Below are positions 44,581-53,468 of a stretch of DNA of 64,000 bases, one piece after another. The stretch spans positions 38,275 to 102,274 of the forward strand of contig JAWLBL010000013.1 in assembly GCA_041687695.1 (NCBI GenBank), written 5' to 3'. The notes under the pieces were generated by a model. It was not told the DNA's origin. It saw only the letters and a list, made by a program, of their open reading frames with translations, and ran no database searches. The translations under genes were made by a program, and so were the position numbers. This DNA comes from Myxococcota bacterium. Its GTDB lineage: Bacteria > Myxococcota_A > UBA9042 > PHBI01 > JAWLBL01. The stretch's first letter is position 1. Every line of letters starts with the position of its first letter.

Positions 44581-45020
44581 AGGACCTCCCGATGGTGCAG
44601 CGGCGCCCAGAAGCCGTCGAGCGCCAGCGCGTCGATGACCCAGTGGCCCTTGTCCTTGAGCATGCGGATGGTCGCCTTGCGGTTCTTGTCCGCGACGTCG
44701 ACGAGCGCGAGGTTGCCTCGGATGGTCACCTCGGTGATCTCGCCCGGAGGCAGCACCTCGAAGACGCTCTTGACGTAGCCGAGGCGACCGCGCGAGCGCT
44801 CCGCCGCGTCGTGCGCTCCGCGCAGCACCTCGGCCGACGCGGGCGTGAAGAACAGGAGGAAGGCGTCGAGATCCTTGGCCTCGGCGGCGACGCGGGCCTC
44901 GGCGAGGCGCGCGTCGGGGGCTTCGGCGCAGGCCGTCGCGCCCGACAAGGCCATCAGCGCCAGCAGGCAGAGCGTCTGGCGCCACCGCGGAAGAAGAGGG
45001 CGTGGAGTTGCTCGCATCAT
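44577..45020 (-). CDS. small lipoprotein, paralog B
   Basis: ATG at 45020. Lipobox: LSGATAC. Family pattern: KDLDAFLLFFTPASAEVL...LALVDVADKNRKATIRMLKDKGHWVID. Confidence 0.65.
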   Translation of the reverse strand: MMRATPRPLLPRWRQTLCLLALMALSGATACAEAPDARLAEARVAAEAKDLDAFLLFFTPASAEVLRGAHDAAERSRGRLGYVKSVFEVLPPGEITEVTIRGNLALVDVADKNRKATIRMLKDKGHWVIDALALDGFWAPLHHREVL

Positions 45021-45102
45021 GGGCCGACAACCTAGCAGACTCGCGGAGGTTTGTCGCGTGGTGACGCGACCGTCGGACCGCGCTCGCGCGACCCTCGAGC
45101 GG

Positions 45103-45543
45103 TCAGAACCCGAGGCCGTATCCCAGCGTTCCGCGCTCGGTGTCGATGAGATCGATGCGCCAGGCCAGGGCTTGCCGGTGCAGGACGAGCCGGGCGGTCT
45201 GGGTGCCCTCGCGCACCGTGACCATGACGCGCTCGCGGCCCTCGGTGTCGGGCGGCAGCGGCTGGACGCCCGTGACCTGGACGTCGCCGGCGGTGAGCTG
45301 GCCGAGCTCGGGCCGGCTCGCTGCGGCGATGCCGTAGTACAGGTCGAGCAGGGGGCGCGACCGGGGCGTGAACGCGCCGGCGTACCGCTCGAGGTCGCCG
45401 CTCGCGGCGGCCTCGACGGCGTGGCCGACGACGTCCTCGGGGCTCGAGCAGGCGGCGCCTCCGCTGGCTGCGACGAGCGCCGCGAGCGCGAAGGCGACGA
45501 CCCTGGCCGCATGGGCGAGGCGTCTGGCCGGGGGTAAGGTCAT
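45103..45543 (-). CDS. small lipoprotein, paralog C
   Basis: Lipobox: ASGGAAC. Family pattern: GDLERYAGAFTPRSRPLL...VMVTVREGTQTARLVLHRQALAWRID. Confidence 0.65.
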   Translation of the reverse strand: MTLPPARRLAHAARVVAFALAALVAASGGAACSSPEDVVGHAVEAAASGDLERYAGAFTPRSRPLLDLYYGIAAASRPELGQLTAGDVQVTGVQPLPPDTEGRERVMVTVREGTQTARLVLHRQALAWRIDLIDTERGTLGYGLGF

Positions 45544-45557
45544 GGTGAGGAAGGGGG

Positions 45558-45645
45558 TGGTGCGAGAGGGGGGACTTGAACCCCCACGAGCGCAATGCTC
45601 ACTAGGCCCTCAACCTAGCGCGTCTACCAATTCCGCCACTCTCGC
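45558..45645 (-). tRNA. tRNA-Leu (anticodon GAG), class II with a long variable arm, CCA encoded
   Basis: The minus strand reads GCGAGAGUGGCGGAAUUGGUAGACGCGCUAGGUUGAGGGCCUAGUGAGCAUUGCGCUCGUGGGGGUUCAAGUCCCCCCUCUCGCACCA. The acceptor stem is 7 bp (GCGAGAG/CUCUCGC). The anticodon stem is CUAGG/CCUAG with loop UUGAGGG. The T-loop is GGUUCAAGUCC. It is nearly colinear with E. coli tRNA-Leu. Confidence 0.95.
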
Positions 45646-45681
45646 GTTCTGGCCGCGGATTCCTCGCCGCGGTGGATTGGC

Positions 45682-45711
45682 GGGGTATCACCCCCGCCGG
45701 CTGGCCGTCAA
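45682..45711 (-). promoter_or_regulatory. putative tRNA-Leu promoter
   Basis: The minus strand reads TTGACG-N18-TACCCC (alternative -10 registers GATACC or TGATAC). This would leave a leader of about 30 nt before the mature 5' end at 45645. Confidence 0.3.
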
Positions 45712-45712
45712 C

Positions 45713-45740
45713 TGAAAAGAATCGGGTGAAAAGAATCGGG
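45713..45740 (-). repeat. perfect 14-nt tandem direct repeat x2 (minus strand CCCGATTCTTTTCA)
   Basis: The plus strand shows tgaaaagaatcggg twice with no spacer. The repeat ends 1 nt upstream of the TTGACG -35 box of the tRNA promoter and starts 9 nt after the secG stop. Confidence 0.9.
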
Positions 45741-45748
45741 GCGTCGCC

Positions 45749-46141
45749 CTATTCCGCGGCGGGCTCGGCGGGCGCCTCGGGGGCGGCCGGCTGCGCGGGC
45801 GCCTCGGGGGCCGCCGGCTGGGCGGGCGCCTCGGGGGCGGCGCCGGGCTCGGCCGGGGCGGCGCCAGGCGTGGCCGGAGCGCCCGCGGGCGGGCGGGTCG
45901 GGTTGACCGTGCTGGTGGTCAGGCTGAAGCGCGCCAGGAGCAGGCTGAAGACCATGAAGCCGGCGGCGAGCCAGACGGTCATCTTGCCCAGAAAGCCGAC
46001 CGCGCCGCGGGCGCCGAACATCGTGTTGCCGGCGCCGCCGCCGATGACGCCCATGCCGGAGCCCTTGCCGGGCTGCAGCAGCACGACCAGGATCAGCAGG
46101 ACGCAGATGACGATGTGCAGGATGAGGACCAGGGTTTCCAT
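45749..46141 (-). CDS. secG: preprotein translocase subunit SecG with an extended Pro/Ala-rich C-terminal tail
   Basis: METLVLILHIVICVLLILVVLLQPGKGSGMGVIGGGAGNTMFGARGAVGFLGKMTVWLAAGFMVFSLLLA is the canonical SecG pattern. It is followed by PAGAPATPGAAPAEPGAAPEAPAQPAAPEAPAQPAAPEAPAEPAAE. Confidence 0.9.
   Translation of the reverse strand: METLVLILHIVICVLLILVVLLQPGKGSGMGVIGGGAGNTMFGARGAVGFLGKMTVWLAAGFMVFSLLLARFSLTTSTVNPTRPPAGAPATPGAAPAEPGAAPEAPAQPAAPEAPAQPAAPEAPAEPAAE
45768..45850 (-). repeat. imperfect 27-nt in-frame tandem repeat (about 3 copies) encoding (PAAPEAPAQ)n
   Basis: The plus strand shows ggcgggcgcctcgggggc(g/c)gccggct iterated inside the secG 3' end. Confidence 0.8.
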
Positions 46142-46247
46142 CAGCTCGACTTCCTAAGGCCCCTCGCGGTGCGTCGGGGGCGCCGGGGCGGTGTCCGGAG
46201 CGGTCGGGACGCGACCGCGCCCCCCTCCCGCCGCTGGCGGGCCGCCC

Positions 46248-46276
46248 CGTGTAGCAGAGTCGCCCCGCAGGGTCAA
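46248..46276 (-). promoter_or_regulatory. putative internal promoter upstream of secG
   Basis: The minus strand reads TTGACC-N17-TACACG in the 166-nt tpiA-secG gap. Confidence 0.3.
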
Positions 46277-46307
46277 GCGCGGCGTCCGCGGCCGCGCTGG
46301 CCACCGC

Positions 46308-47069
46308 TCAGCGCGCGGCGGCGACGATGTTCAAGAACGACTCGGCGTCGAGGCTGGCCCCGCCGACGAGGGCTCCGTCGATGTCAGGTTGCGCGAGCAG
46401 GCGCGCGGCGTTGTCGGGTTTGACGCTGCCGCCGTACTGCACGCGCACGCGATCGGCCACGGCGTCGCCATGACGCTCGCGGAGCCGCGCGCGTATGAAC
46501 GCGTGGACCTCCTGCGCTTGTTCCGGGCTGGCGTTCCTTCCCGTGCCGATGGCCCAGACCGGCTCGTAGGCGACGACGGTCTGCGCGACCTGGTCACGGT
46601 CGAGCTTGGCGAGCCCCGCCGTCAGCTGCGCCTCGACCACGGCCTCGGTCCGACCCGCCTCGCGCTCGTCGAGCGTCTCGCCGACGCACAGGATGGGCGT
46701 GAGTCCGTCGCGGTGCGCCGCGGCCACCTTCTCTCCGACCCACTCGGGGGTGTCTCCGAAGTGCTGGCGCCGCTCGGAGTGGCCGCACAGGACGTAGGTG
46801 CACCCGATCGAGCGCAGCATGGGCGCGGACACCTCGCCGGTGAAGGCCCCCTGCACGGCCGGGTGCAGGTTCTGCGCCCCGAGCGCGATGGGCGAAGCCT
46901 CGATGACCCGCCGCACGTCGGTCAGCAGGCACGTCGGCGGGATGACGACGACCTCGACGTCGCCCCCGTCACGGAGGCCGTCGACCAGCTTCGTCGCCAG
47001 CGCCACCGCCGGCTCGCGCGTCATGTGCATCTTCCAGTTGCCCGCCACGATCTGCTTGCGCGTCGTCAT
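46308..47069 (-). CDS. tpiA: triosephosphate isomerase
   Basis: IVAGNWKMH...VIPPTCLL...GAQN...GAFTGEVSAPML...GCTYVLCGHSERR...ILCVGE...VVAYEPVWAIGTG...VQYGGSVKP. The start overlaps the pgk stop by 1 nt. Confidence 0.97.
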   Translation of the reverse strand: MTTRKQIVAGNWKMHMTREPAVALATKLVDGLRDGGDVEVVVIPPTCLLTDVRRVIEASPIALGAQNLHPAVQGAFTGEVSAPMLRSIGCTYVLCGHSERRQHFGDTPEWVGEKVAAAHRDGLTPILCVGETLDEREAGRTEAVVEAQLTAGLAKLDRDQVAQTVVAYEPVWAIGTGRNASPEQAQEVHAFIRARLRERHGDAVADRVRVQYGGSVKPDNAARLLAQPDIDGALVGGASLDAESFLNIVAAAR

Positions 47070-48280
47070 CAGCCCGCCTCCGGCCGCGGCACCCGCAGCG
47101 CCTCGACGCCGGGCAGCTCGCGCCCCTCGATGAGCTCGAGCGAGGCCCCGCCGCCGGTCGACACGTGCGAGATGAACGGCATGAACCCGCTCTTCTTCAG
47201 CGCCGAGATGCTGTCACCGCCGCCGACCACGGTCGTGCCGCTCGCCCGCGCGACCGCCTGCGCGATCTTGTTGGTGCCGTTGGCGAACGACGCCATCTCG
47301 AAGATCCCCATGGGGCCGTTCCAGAACACCGTGTGCGCGCCCTCGATGGCCTTGGTGAAGCGGTCGATGCTCTCGGGCCCGATGTCCACCGCGATCCCGT
47401 CGCCGGGGAAGCCCTGGTTGCCCCAGACCTCGCTCGGCGCCCCGTCGCGCACGTCGCGGACCATCACGTGGTCGGTCGGCAGCAGGAACTGGACGCCCCG
47501 GCTCTCGGCCTTGAGCAGCGAGCGCCGCGCCTGCTGGATCTTGTCCTCTTCGATGAGCGACTTGCCCAGGTGCACGCCCTTGGCCGCCCAGAACGTGTAG
47601 GCCATCGCCCCGCCGACCACGATGGTGTCCACCTTGGTCAACAGGTTGTCCACCACGCCAATCTTGTCGCTCACCTTGGCGCCGCCCAGCACCGCGACGA
47701 AGGGGCGCTCGGGCTTTTCGAGCAGCTGCCCGAGGAAGCGCACCTCCTTTTCCATCAGCAGCCCCGCGCCGCGCTGCGGGACGAGGCGCGGCAACGCGTG
47801 GACCGAGGCGTGCGCCCGGTGCGCCGCCCCGAAGGCGTCGTTGACGTAGATCTCGCACAGCTGCGCCAGCTGCTTGGCGAACCCCTCGTCGTCGGCCTCC
47901 TCGCCCGCGTGGAAGCGCAGGTTCTCGAGCAGCACGATCTGTCCCTCGCGCAGATCCTGCACCAGCTTCTTGGGCCCGTCCCCCACGCAGTCGTCGGGCA
48001 CCATGACCTCGGTGCCGAGCAGCTCGGCCAGGCGCTCGCCCACCGGCACCAGGCTGAACTTGGGGTTGCGCTTGCCCTTGGGCCGCCCCAGGTGGCTCGC
48101 CAGGACGATCCGGGCGCCCTGCGCGCGCGCGTGCTCGATGGTCGGCAGCGCGGCCTGGATGCGCGTGTCGTCGGCGACCTGCCCGTCCTCGGTCAGCGGG
48201 ACGTTGAAGTCGACCCGGATGAACGTGCGACGGCCCTCGATGGGCAGGTCCTTGATGGATCGGATGATGGTCGTGCTCAC
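47069..48280 (-). CDS. pgk: phosphoglycerate kinase
   Basis: [12 protein letters not shown]...ASHLGRPKG...NLRFHAGEE...[11 protein letters not shown]...GGAKVSDKI...GGGDS...STGGGASLE. The GTG at 48280 lies 6 nt after GGAG and is preferred. The track start at 48343 sits inside the predicted -35 box. Confidence 0.95.
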   Translation of the reverse strand: MSTTIIRSIKDLPIEGRRTFIRVDFNVPLTEDGQVADDTRIQAALPTIEHARAQGARIVLASHLGRPKGKRNPKFSLVPVGERLAELLGTEVMVPDDCVGDGPKKLVQDLREGQIVLLENLRFHAGEEADDEGFAKQLAQLCEIYVNDAFGAAHRAHASVHALPRLVPQRGAGLLMEKEVRFLGQLLEKPERPFVAVLGGAKVSDKIGVVDNLLTKVDTIVVGGAMAYTFWAAKGVHLGKSLIEEDKIQQARRSLLKAESRGVQFLLPTDHVMVRDVRDGAPSEVWGNQGFPGDGIAVDIGPESIDRFTKAIEGAHTVFWNGPMGIFEMASFANGTNKIAQAVARASGTTVVGGGDSISALKKSGFMPFISHVSTGGGASLELIEGRELPGVEALRVPRPEAG

Positions 48281-48314
48281 CGGAGGCTCCGCGGGAAGGG
48301 TGTCGGGGGCCGCT

Positions 48315-48343
48315 TGGTTAGCCCCCCGGCGCCGCAGCGTCAA
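48315..48343 (-). promoter_or_regulatory. putative pgk-tpiA promoter
   Basis: The minus strand reads TTGACG-N17-TAACCA, about 35 nt upstream of the GTG at 48280. Confidence 0.4.
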
Positions 48344-48432
48344 GGTGTCGGGCGCGGCCGGGGTGGCCCGCTCGCGGACACCACGCGCGCCCTCTGCTAA
48401 CCTCCGCGCCGCCCCATCGTCGACGAGGCCTC

Positions 48433-50073
48433 GTGACGGACACCGCTGCAGCGCACAAGACGATCGCCGACCGCGCGCCCGCGCCCTCGGCCCGCCCCTC
48501 GGCCCTCCGCGTCGCGGCCGCCGCGCTGGTCGGCGCCGGCCTGGTGATCGCCGCCTTCCCGACCGTGCACCTGGCCTTCCCGGTGCTGCTGGCCTGGGTG
48601 CCGCTGCTGACCCTGGCGCGCCGCCTCGGCTGGAAGGGGCGCCTCGTCGCCGGCTGGCTGATGGGCTTTTCCTACCAGCTGGTCATCTTCCGGTGGATCG
48701 ACTTCACCCTCGAGGTGATGACCAACCTGCCGGGCTGGGTGCACGTCGTCGCCTGGGTGCTCTTCGCCCTCTGGCACGGCCTGATGGGCGGCGTCTTCCT
48801 GGCCCTCGCCGAGCCCGCCCGCCGCGCCGCCGCCCGCCGCTGGCCCGGCGCCGCCCCGCTGGCCGTCGCCGCCGTCTACGTCTCCATCGAGGCCCTCTGG
48901 CCCTTCCTCTTCCCCTGGACCCTCGGCCACGCCTTCTGGCAGGTCGGTCCGCTGGCCTCGATGATGGCCCTGACCGGCGCCCCTGGCCTGTCGTTCGTCG
49001 TCCTCGCCCTCTCGGCCCTGGCCGCCGACGCCTGGAGCCGCCGCCGGCAGGTCGCCTGGCGCCCGACCGCCGTCGTCGTCGGCCTGCTGCTGGCCTTCTC
49101 CGTCGGCTGGTGGATCCGCCTCGAGGCCGGCACGCCGCGCCGCACCCTGCGCGTCGCCGTCCTGCAGCCCAACTACACCCTCGCCGAAAAGCGCCGCCCC
49201 AGCGTGCAGACGCGCTCCAAGCTGCTCGTGCGCTTCGAGGGCATGCTGCGCGCCCTGCCGCCCGGCCGCTTCGACCTGGTCGTCGCGCCCGAGGGCGCCT
49301 TCCCCTTCTACTGGGACACCGCCGACGGCCCCCAGGGCGGCCTGTCCAAGGTCGCCACCCGCCGCGTCGGCGCCGCCGTGCGCGAGGGACCCGCCGCTCC
49401 CGTCCTGCTCGGCGGCCTCCGGCAGCCGGCCAGCGACGGGCGCACCCGCAACGCCGCGGTCCTGCTGGGCGCCGACGGAGCGGTCGCGCACGTCTACGAC
49501 AAGCGCATCCTGGTGCCCTTCGGCGAGTACCTGCCGCTGACCGACGTGTTCCCCAGCCTGGCCGGGGCCGTGCGCGGCATCAGCGACTTCGGCCGCGGCG
49601 AGGCGCCCTGCCAGCTCCAGGCCGCCGGCGAGCCGCTGTCGTGCGGCATCTGCTACGAGTCCATCTTCGCCGCCCCGACCCGCGCCGCCATGGGCGACGG
49701 CGTCTTGCTGGCGAACCTGACCATCGACACCTGGTTCGGCGACAGCACGGCCCCGTGGTTCCACCTGATGGTGCAGTCCTCGCGCGCCGCCGAGCTGGGG
49801 GTCCCGCTGGTCCGCGCCGCGCTGACCGGCATGTCGGCCGTGGTGGGCCCCGACGGCGTGCCGCGCCAGACGCTGGCCCTGCACGAGCAGGGCGTCATCG
49901 AGGCCGAGGTCCCGCTGCTCGACGTGACGACCCCCTACCGCGTGGTGGGCCCCGCCTTCACCTGGGTGGCTTTCGCCGCGGCCGCCGCCGTGTTATTTCA
50001 GGCGCTCCGGCGGCGCCGGGAACCCGACGCCGAAGCCGGTGTCGGATCGTCGCCGGCGGCGAAGACGGGCTGA
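48433..50073 (+). CDS. lnt: apolipoprotein N-acyltransferase
   Basis: A polytopic N-terminal half is followed by a CN-hydrolase domain ([10 protein letters not shown]...[11 protein letters not shown]...NAAVLLG...[14 protein letters not shown]...[11 protein letters not shown]). GTG start. Confidence 0.9.
   Translation: MTDTAAAHKTIADRAPAPSARPSALRVAAAALVGAGLVIAAFPTVHLAFPVLLAWVPLLTLARRLGWKGRLVAGWLMGFSYQLVIFRWIDFTLEVMTNLPGWVHVVAWVLFALWHGLMGGVFLALAEPARRAAARRWPGAAPLAVAAVYVSIEALWPFLFPWTLGHAFWQVGPLASMMALTGAPGLSFVVLALSALAADAWSRRRQVAWRPTAVVVGLLLAFSVGWWIRLEAGTPRRTLRVAVLQPNYTLAEKRRPSVQTRSKLLVRFEGMLRALPPGRFDLVVAPEGAFPFYWDTADGPQGGLSKVATRRVGAAVREGPAAPVLLGGLRQPASDGRTRNAAVLLGADGAVAHVYDKRILVPFGEYLPLTDVFPSLAGAVRGISDFGRGEAPCQLQAAGEPLSCGICYESIFAAPTRAAMGDGVLLANLTIDTWFGDSTAPWFHLMVQSSRAAELGVPLVRAALTGMSAVVGPDGVPRQTLALHEQGVIEAEVPLLDVTTPYRVVGPAFTWVAFAAAAAVLFQALRRRREPDAEAGVGSSPAAKTG
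50019..50046 (+). promoter_or_regulatory. putative ECF (sigmaE-type) autoregulated promoter
   Basis: GGAACCC-N16-TCGGA has the same geometry as the RpoE-type GGAACTT-N16-TCTGA. It lies inside the lnt 3' end, about 85 nt upstream of the sigma-factor start. Confidence 0.35.
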
Positions 50074-50130
50074 GGGGCGGGCGCCCCCCGGAGCGCGCGC
50101 CGCCGGCTCGACAGCCAAAAGCGGCGGCGC

Positions 50131-50751
50131 GTGACCCAAGCCTTCGACGATGACCCGCGGTTCCTCGCCGCCCTCAGGCGACGCGAGGAGCGGGCCTTCA
50201 ACCGCCTCGTCCTGACCTACCAGGACCGCGTGTACAATCTGTCCTACCGGCTGCTCGGCTCGGAGGAGGAGGCGCGCGACGTGGCGCAGGAGGTCTTCGT
50301 CACCATCTTCCAGAAGATCGAGCTGTTCCGCGGCGAGTCCAAGCTGTCGACGTGGATCTTCCGCGTCGCCGCCAACCACGCGAAGAACCGGATCAAGTAC
50401 CTGTCGCGCCGCCAGGACCGCAAGCAGGACAACTTCGAGGACATGGTGGTCGAGGTCTCGTCGGGGCGGCTCAACGCCCCGATGCCGCGGCCGGACCAGG
50501 TCTATGACCAGATGCGGCTCGAGGAGTACCTCGAGCGGGCCATGCAGGCGCTCGATGAAGATCAGCGGGCCCTCATCGTCCTGCGCGACATGGAGAACAT
50601 GACCTACGAGGAGATCGCCGAGGTCACCGGGCTCAACCTCGGGACGATCAAGAGCCGCCTGCACCGCGGGCGGCTGCGCCTCAAAGAGGCCCTCGACGAC
50701 TGGATGGCCGGTCGCGAGCCCGCCTCGGACGCCCAGAAGAGGACGGCGTGA
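50131..50751 (+). CDS. ECF-family RNA polymerase sigma factor
   Basis: Region 2: VYNLSYRLLGSEEEARDVAQEVFVTIFQKIELFRGESKLSTWIFRVAANHAKNRIK. Region 4: LIVLRDMENMTYEEIAEVTGLNLGTIKSRLHRGRLRLKEAL. GTG start. Confidence 0.9.
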   Translation: MTQAFDDDPRFLAALRRREERAFNRLVLTYQDRVYNLSYRLLGSEEEARDVAQEVFVTIFQKIELFRGESKLSTWIFRVAANHAKNRIKYLSRRQDRKQDNFEDMVVEVSSGRLNAPMPRPDQVYDQMRLEEYLERAMQALDEDQRALIVLRDMENMTYEEIAEVTGLNLGTIKSRLHRGRLRLKEALDDWMAGREPASDAQKRTA

Positions 50752-51398
50752 TGAGCACTTCCACCCCGCGGCGACGTGACGGCGATGGCACCGACGACTT
50801 CGGCGTCGACGAGCGCTGGTCCGACTGGATCGACGCCCAGATGGACAAGCGCGAGCGGGACGCCTTCGAGCGCGAGCTCGAGGACGACCCCGAGCTGCGC
50901 CGCGAGCTGGAGGCGTTCCAGCAGACGGTAGGCGTGCTGCGACGGATGCCGCCGGCGCAGGCGCCCGACGACTTCCTGCAGCAGGTGCAGTCGCGCATCC
51001 GCCGCCGCACGACCGGCCGCTTCTACGGCGAGCAGTGGAAGACGCGCTTCCCGTACGAGGCGGCGTTCAACCTGGTGCTGCTGGGGCTGATGATGGCCCT
51101 GTACATCACGGCGATGCCCAAGCCGGACCCCGAGCCCATCCCGGTCCGCGCCGAGGCGATGGAGCGCGGAGGGGCGGGCGGGGATCTGGCCGGCGCGATC
51201 CTGGGGACCTACGGACCGGTGACCGCCATCGTCGGCGAGGGGGATCGCCCCGTGTTCGAGGTGACCGTCGAGGCGGGGCGGGTCGAGGCCCTGCGCCAGG
51301 AGATCGGGCTGTACCCGCAGCTCGAGCTGGTCGGCGAGCCGACGCCGGCGGAGGCGGCGGGCCAGGCGCGCGTCAGGGTGCGGGCGACCGCGCGATAG
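50748..51398 (+). CDS. anti-sigma factor (single-pass membrane protein)
   Basis: The start (GTG 50748 or ATG 50751) overlaps the sigma gene's stop. N-terminal anti-sigma-like helix: WIDAQMDKRERDAFERELEDDPELRRELEAFQQTVGVLRRMP. TM segment: AAFNLVLLGLMMALYITAM. Confidence 0.7.
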   Translation: MMSTSTPRRRDGDGTDDFGVDERWSDWIDAQMDKRERDAFERELEDDPELRRELEAFQQTVGVLRRMPPAQAPDDFLQQVQSRIRRRTTGRFYGEQWKTRFPYEAAFNLVLLGLMMALYITAMPKPDPEPIPVRAEAMERGGAGGDLAGAILGTYGPVTAIVGEGDRPVFEVTVEAGRVEALRQEIGLYPQLELVGEPTPAEAAGQARVRVRATAR

Positions 51399-52404
51399 GC
51401 GCGTCGAGGCCCGGCAGGACCATCTCGTCACCGCTGGTGCGCCAGCGCCAGGCCGTCACCTCGTAGCGATCGTCGCGTGGGTGCCAGGTGACGTCGAACA
51501 CCATCGCGAAGGCCGCCCGCTCGCGCATGGGCAGCCAGAAGCGGAGGTCGATGACCTCGACCACGAGCGCGCGGCGGTCGGGGGTGCGATAGCCGACGCG
51601 GGCGATGGGCTCCTCGGCCCACCGCAGGAAGTCGCGGCCGGGGCGGGTCGCCAGGGCGGCGGCGACGGCCGGGTCCTCGAGGTTGCGGACCCAGGTCTGG
51701 CGGATCTCCGGAGCGCCGCCCAGGACGTCGACCCAGGCGTGGTGGGCGAAGTCGGGCTCGGTGAGGACGACCGACCGCACGTTGGGCCACAGCGGCGTCG
51801 GCCAGACCGACACGTCCTGCAGGTTCAGCGCCTGCCGCTCGGCCAGGGCGCGCCCCTCGGCGCGGGCGGCCTCGGTCAGGGCGCCGTTGACGCCGATGTA
51901 GACGGCGAGGCCGAGCAGCGCCGCGGCGCTGAGGCGGGGACGCGCGACGCGGGTCAGGCGGGTGAGCCAGAAGGGCGTCGTCAGGATGACCCAGAACCAG
52001 GGGTCGACGATGAAGACCCAGGGCAGGGCGAAGCGGGTCCGGTCGACCGGGCTCAGCAGCATCGTCCCCCAGCTGGTGACCAGATCCAGCGCGAAGTGGC
52101 TGAGCAGCGCCCAGAAGGCGAGCCACAGCATCGGCTTGAGCGGCGCCTTGAACAGGCGCGCCATGGGCCAGGCGACGAGCGGCACCAGGACGGGCAGGGC
52201 GAGCAGCGAGTGCGTGTAGCCGCGGTGCTCCATCATGTAGGCGTGCTCGCCGGCGATGGGCCACAGCAGGATGTCGAGGTCGGGCGCGTTCGCGGCCAGG
52301 GCCGCGGTCCACCAGGCGGCCTTGCGCCCGACGCGGTCGCGGAAGCCCAGGTCGGCGATGGCGAAGCCGGTCAGGGTGTGGGCGAGGTTCTCCATGGCCG
52401 GCAC
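51373..52404 (-). CDS. membrane-bound metal-dependent hydrolase, YdjM/DUF457 family
   Basis: MENLAHTLTGFAIADLG...DLDILLWPI...EHRGYTHSLLALPV...SHFALDLVTSWGTMLL matches the DUF457 His/Asp pattern. The start is ATG at 52404 or 52395. The 3' end overlaps the convergent anti-sigma gene by 26 nt. Confidence 0.7.
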   Translation of the reverse strand: MPAMENLAHTLTGFAIADLGFRDRVGRKAAWWTAALAANAPDLDILLWPIAGEHAYMMEHRGYTHSLLALPVLVPLVAWPMARLFKAPLKPMLWLAFWALLSHFALDLVTSWGTMLLSPVDRTRFALPWVFIVDPWFWVILTTPFWLTRLTRVARPRLSAAALLGLAVYIGVNGALTEAARAEGRALAERQALNLQDVSVWPTPLWPNVRSVVLTEPDFAHHAWVDVLGGAPEIRQTWVRNLEDPAVAAALATRPGRDFLRWAEEPIARVGYRTPDRRALVVEVIDLRFWLPMRERAAFAMVFDVTWHPRDDRYEVTAWRWRTSGDEMVLPGLDAPIARSPAP

Positions 52405-52447
52405 CTGTCCCCCGCGGGGCGCGCGGTGTCAAGCCAGACCCACCGCG

Positions 52448-53467
52448 CTACTGCAGGGGCAGCCAGTCGCGCTCGGGTCGGTAGCCGCGCGCCTCGAGGA
52501 AGGGCACGATCAGCTCGCGGGCGCCCCGGCTGGCGACGCAGAGCAGGACGAGCCGGCCGTCGGGCGGGCCGAGCGCCTCGTGGGCGACGACCGGAAGGCC
52601 TCGTGTCGAGCGCTGGCCAATTTTCCTGGGGTCGATGTCGATGAGGTCGTCGACGCGCGCCCCGGCGTCGAGCAGCTCGGCCGCGTGGCGGCGCCCGTAC
52701 TCGCCGGCGCCCCACAGGCGGCAGGCGCGCCCACCCGCGAGGGGCCCGCTGAGCAGGAAAGCGTGCCGGAGGCGCCGGAAGGCCAGCTCGCGGTAGCGCG
52801 CGTCCGCTCGGGTGAGCCGGCGAGGGTGATCGCGCCAGGTCTGGAGCACGTCGGGCACCTTCCCGAAGACGGCGCCGCGCTCGAACAGGCGCAGCCACAG
52901 CTCGTGGTCCTCGGGGAAGTCGCCGTCGCGGTAGCCGCCGGCCTCGAGCACGGCGCGCCGTCGGAAGACCACCGACGGATGCGCAACCGGCGCATCGATG
53001 AAGCGCGCCCGGCGCAGGGCCTCGGGCGTGTCGAGCGCGTTGAGCCAGGCGACGAAGCGCTGCATCCCGGGGCCCGGGGCCGCGTCGCCGAGCGTGGCGT
53101 ACGCGACGCCGCAGGCGACCACGTCCCAGCCCGGGTGGGCGTCGAGCGCGGCGACCTGGCGGGCCAGTCGCTCGGGGTGCATCACGTCGTCGGCGTCGTG
53201 CCGCGCGACCAGCGGCGCGCGGGCCAGCTCGAGCCCGGCGTTCAGCGCCGGCACCAGCCCGGCTTCGGGCAGCTCGACCAGGCGCACACGGGCGTCCCGC
53301 GCGGCCCGCGACGCTGCGATGGCCGCGCTGTCGTCGGTGCACCCGTTCAGGACGACCAGCAGCTCGAGGTCGGCCAGCGTCTGCGCGAGCGCCGAGTCGA
53401 TCGCCTCGGCGAGGGTCGACCCGGCGTCGTGCACGGGCAGCAGGACGGAGACGCGCGGTCCGGTCAC
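52448..53467 (-). CDS. family-2 glycosyltransferase with a C-terminal Rossmann-like extension
   Basis: RVSVLLPVHDAGSTLAEAIDSALAQTLADLELLVVLNGCTDDSAAIA...HDADDVMHPERL is the GT2 DxD region. The GTG start lies 1 nt after the spoVR stop. Confidence 0.8.
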   Translation of the reverse strand: MTGPRVSVLLPVHDAGSTLAEAIDSALAQTLADLELLVVLNGCTDDSAAIAASRAARDARVRLVELPEAGLVPALNAGLELARAPLVARHDADDVMHPERLARQVAALDAHPGWDVVACGVAYATLGDAAPGPGMQRFVAWLNALDTPEALRRARFIDAPVAHPSVVFRRRAVLEAGGYRDGDFPEDHELWLRLFERGAVFGKVPDVLQTWRDHPRRLTRADARYRELAFRRLRHAFLLSGPLAGGRACRLWGAGEYGRRHAAELLDAGARVDDLIDIDPRKIGQRSTRGLPVVAHEALGPPDGRLVLLCVASRGARELIVPFLEARGYRPERDWLPLQ

Positions 53468-53468
53468 G

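Noticed and set aside
47069-48343. pgk starting at the track ORF start (48343)
   Set aside because: That codon lies inside a TTGACG-N17-TAACCA promoter candidate, and the added 21 residues are non-conserved. The GTG at 48280 has a GGAG at proper spacing and gives a normal Pgk N-terminus.
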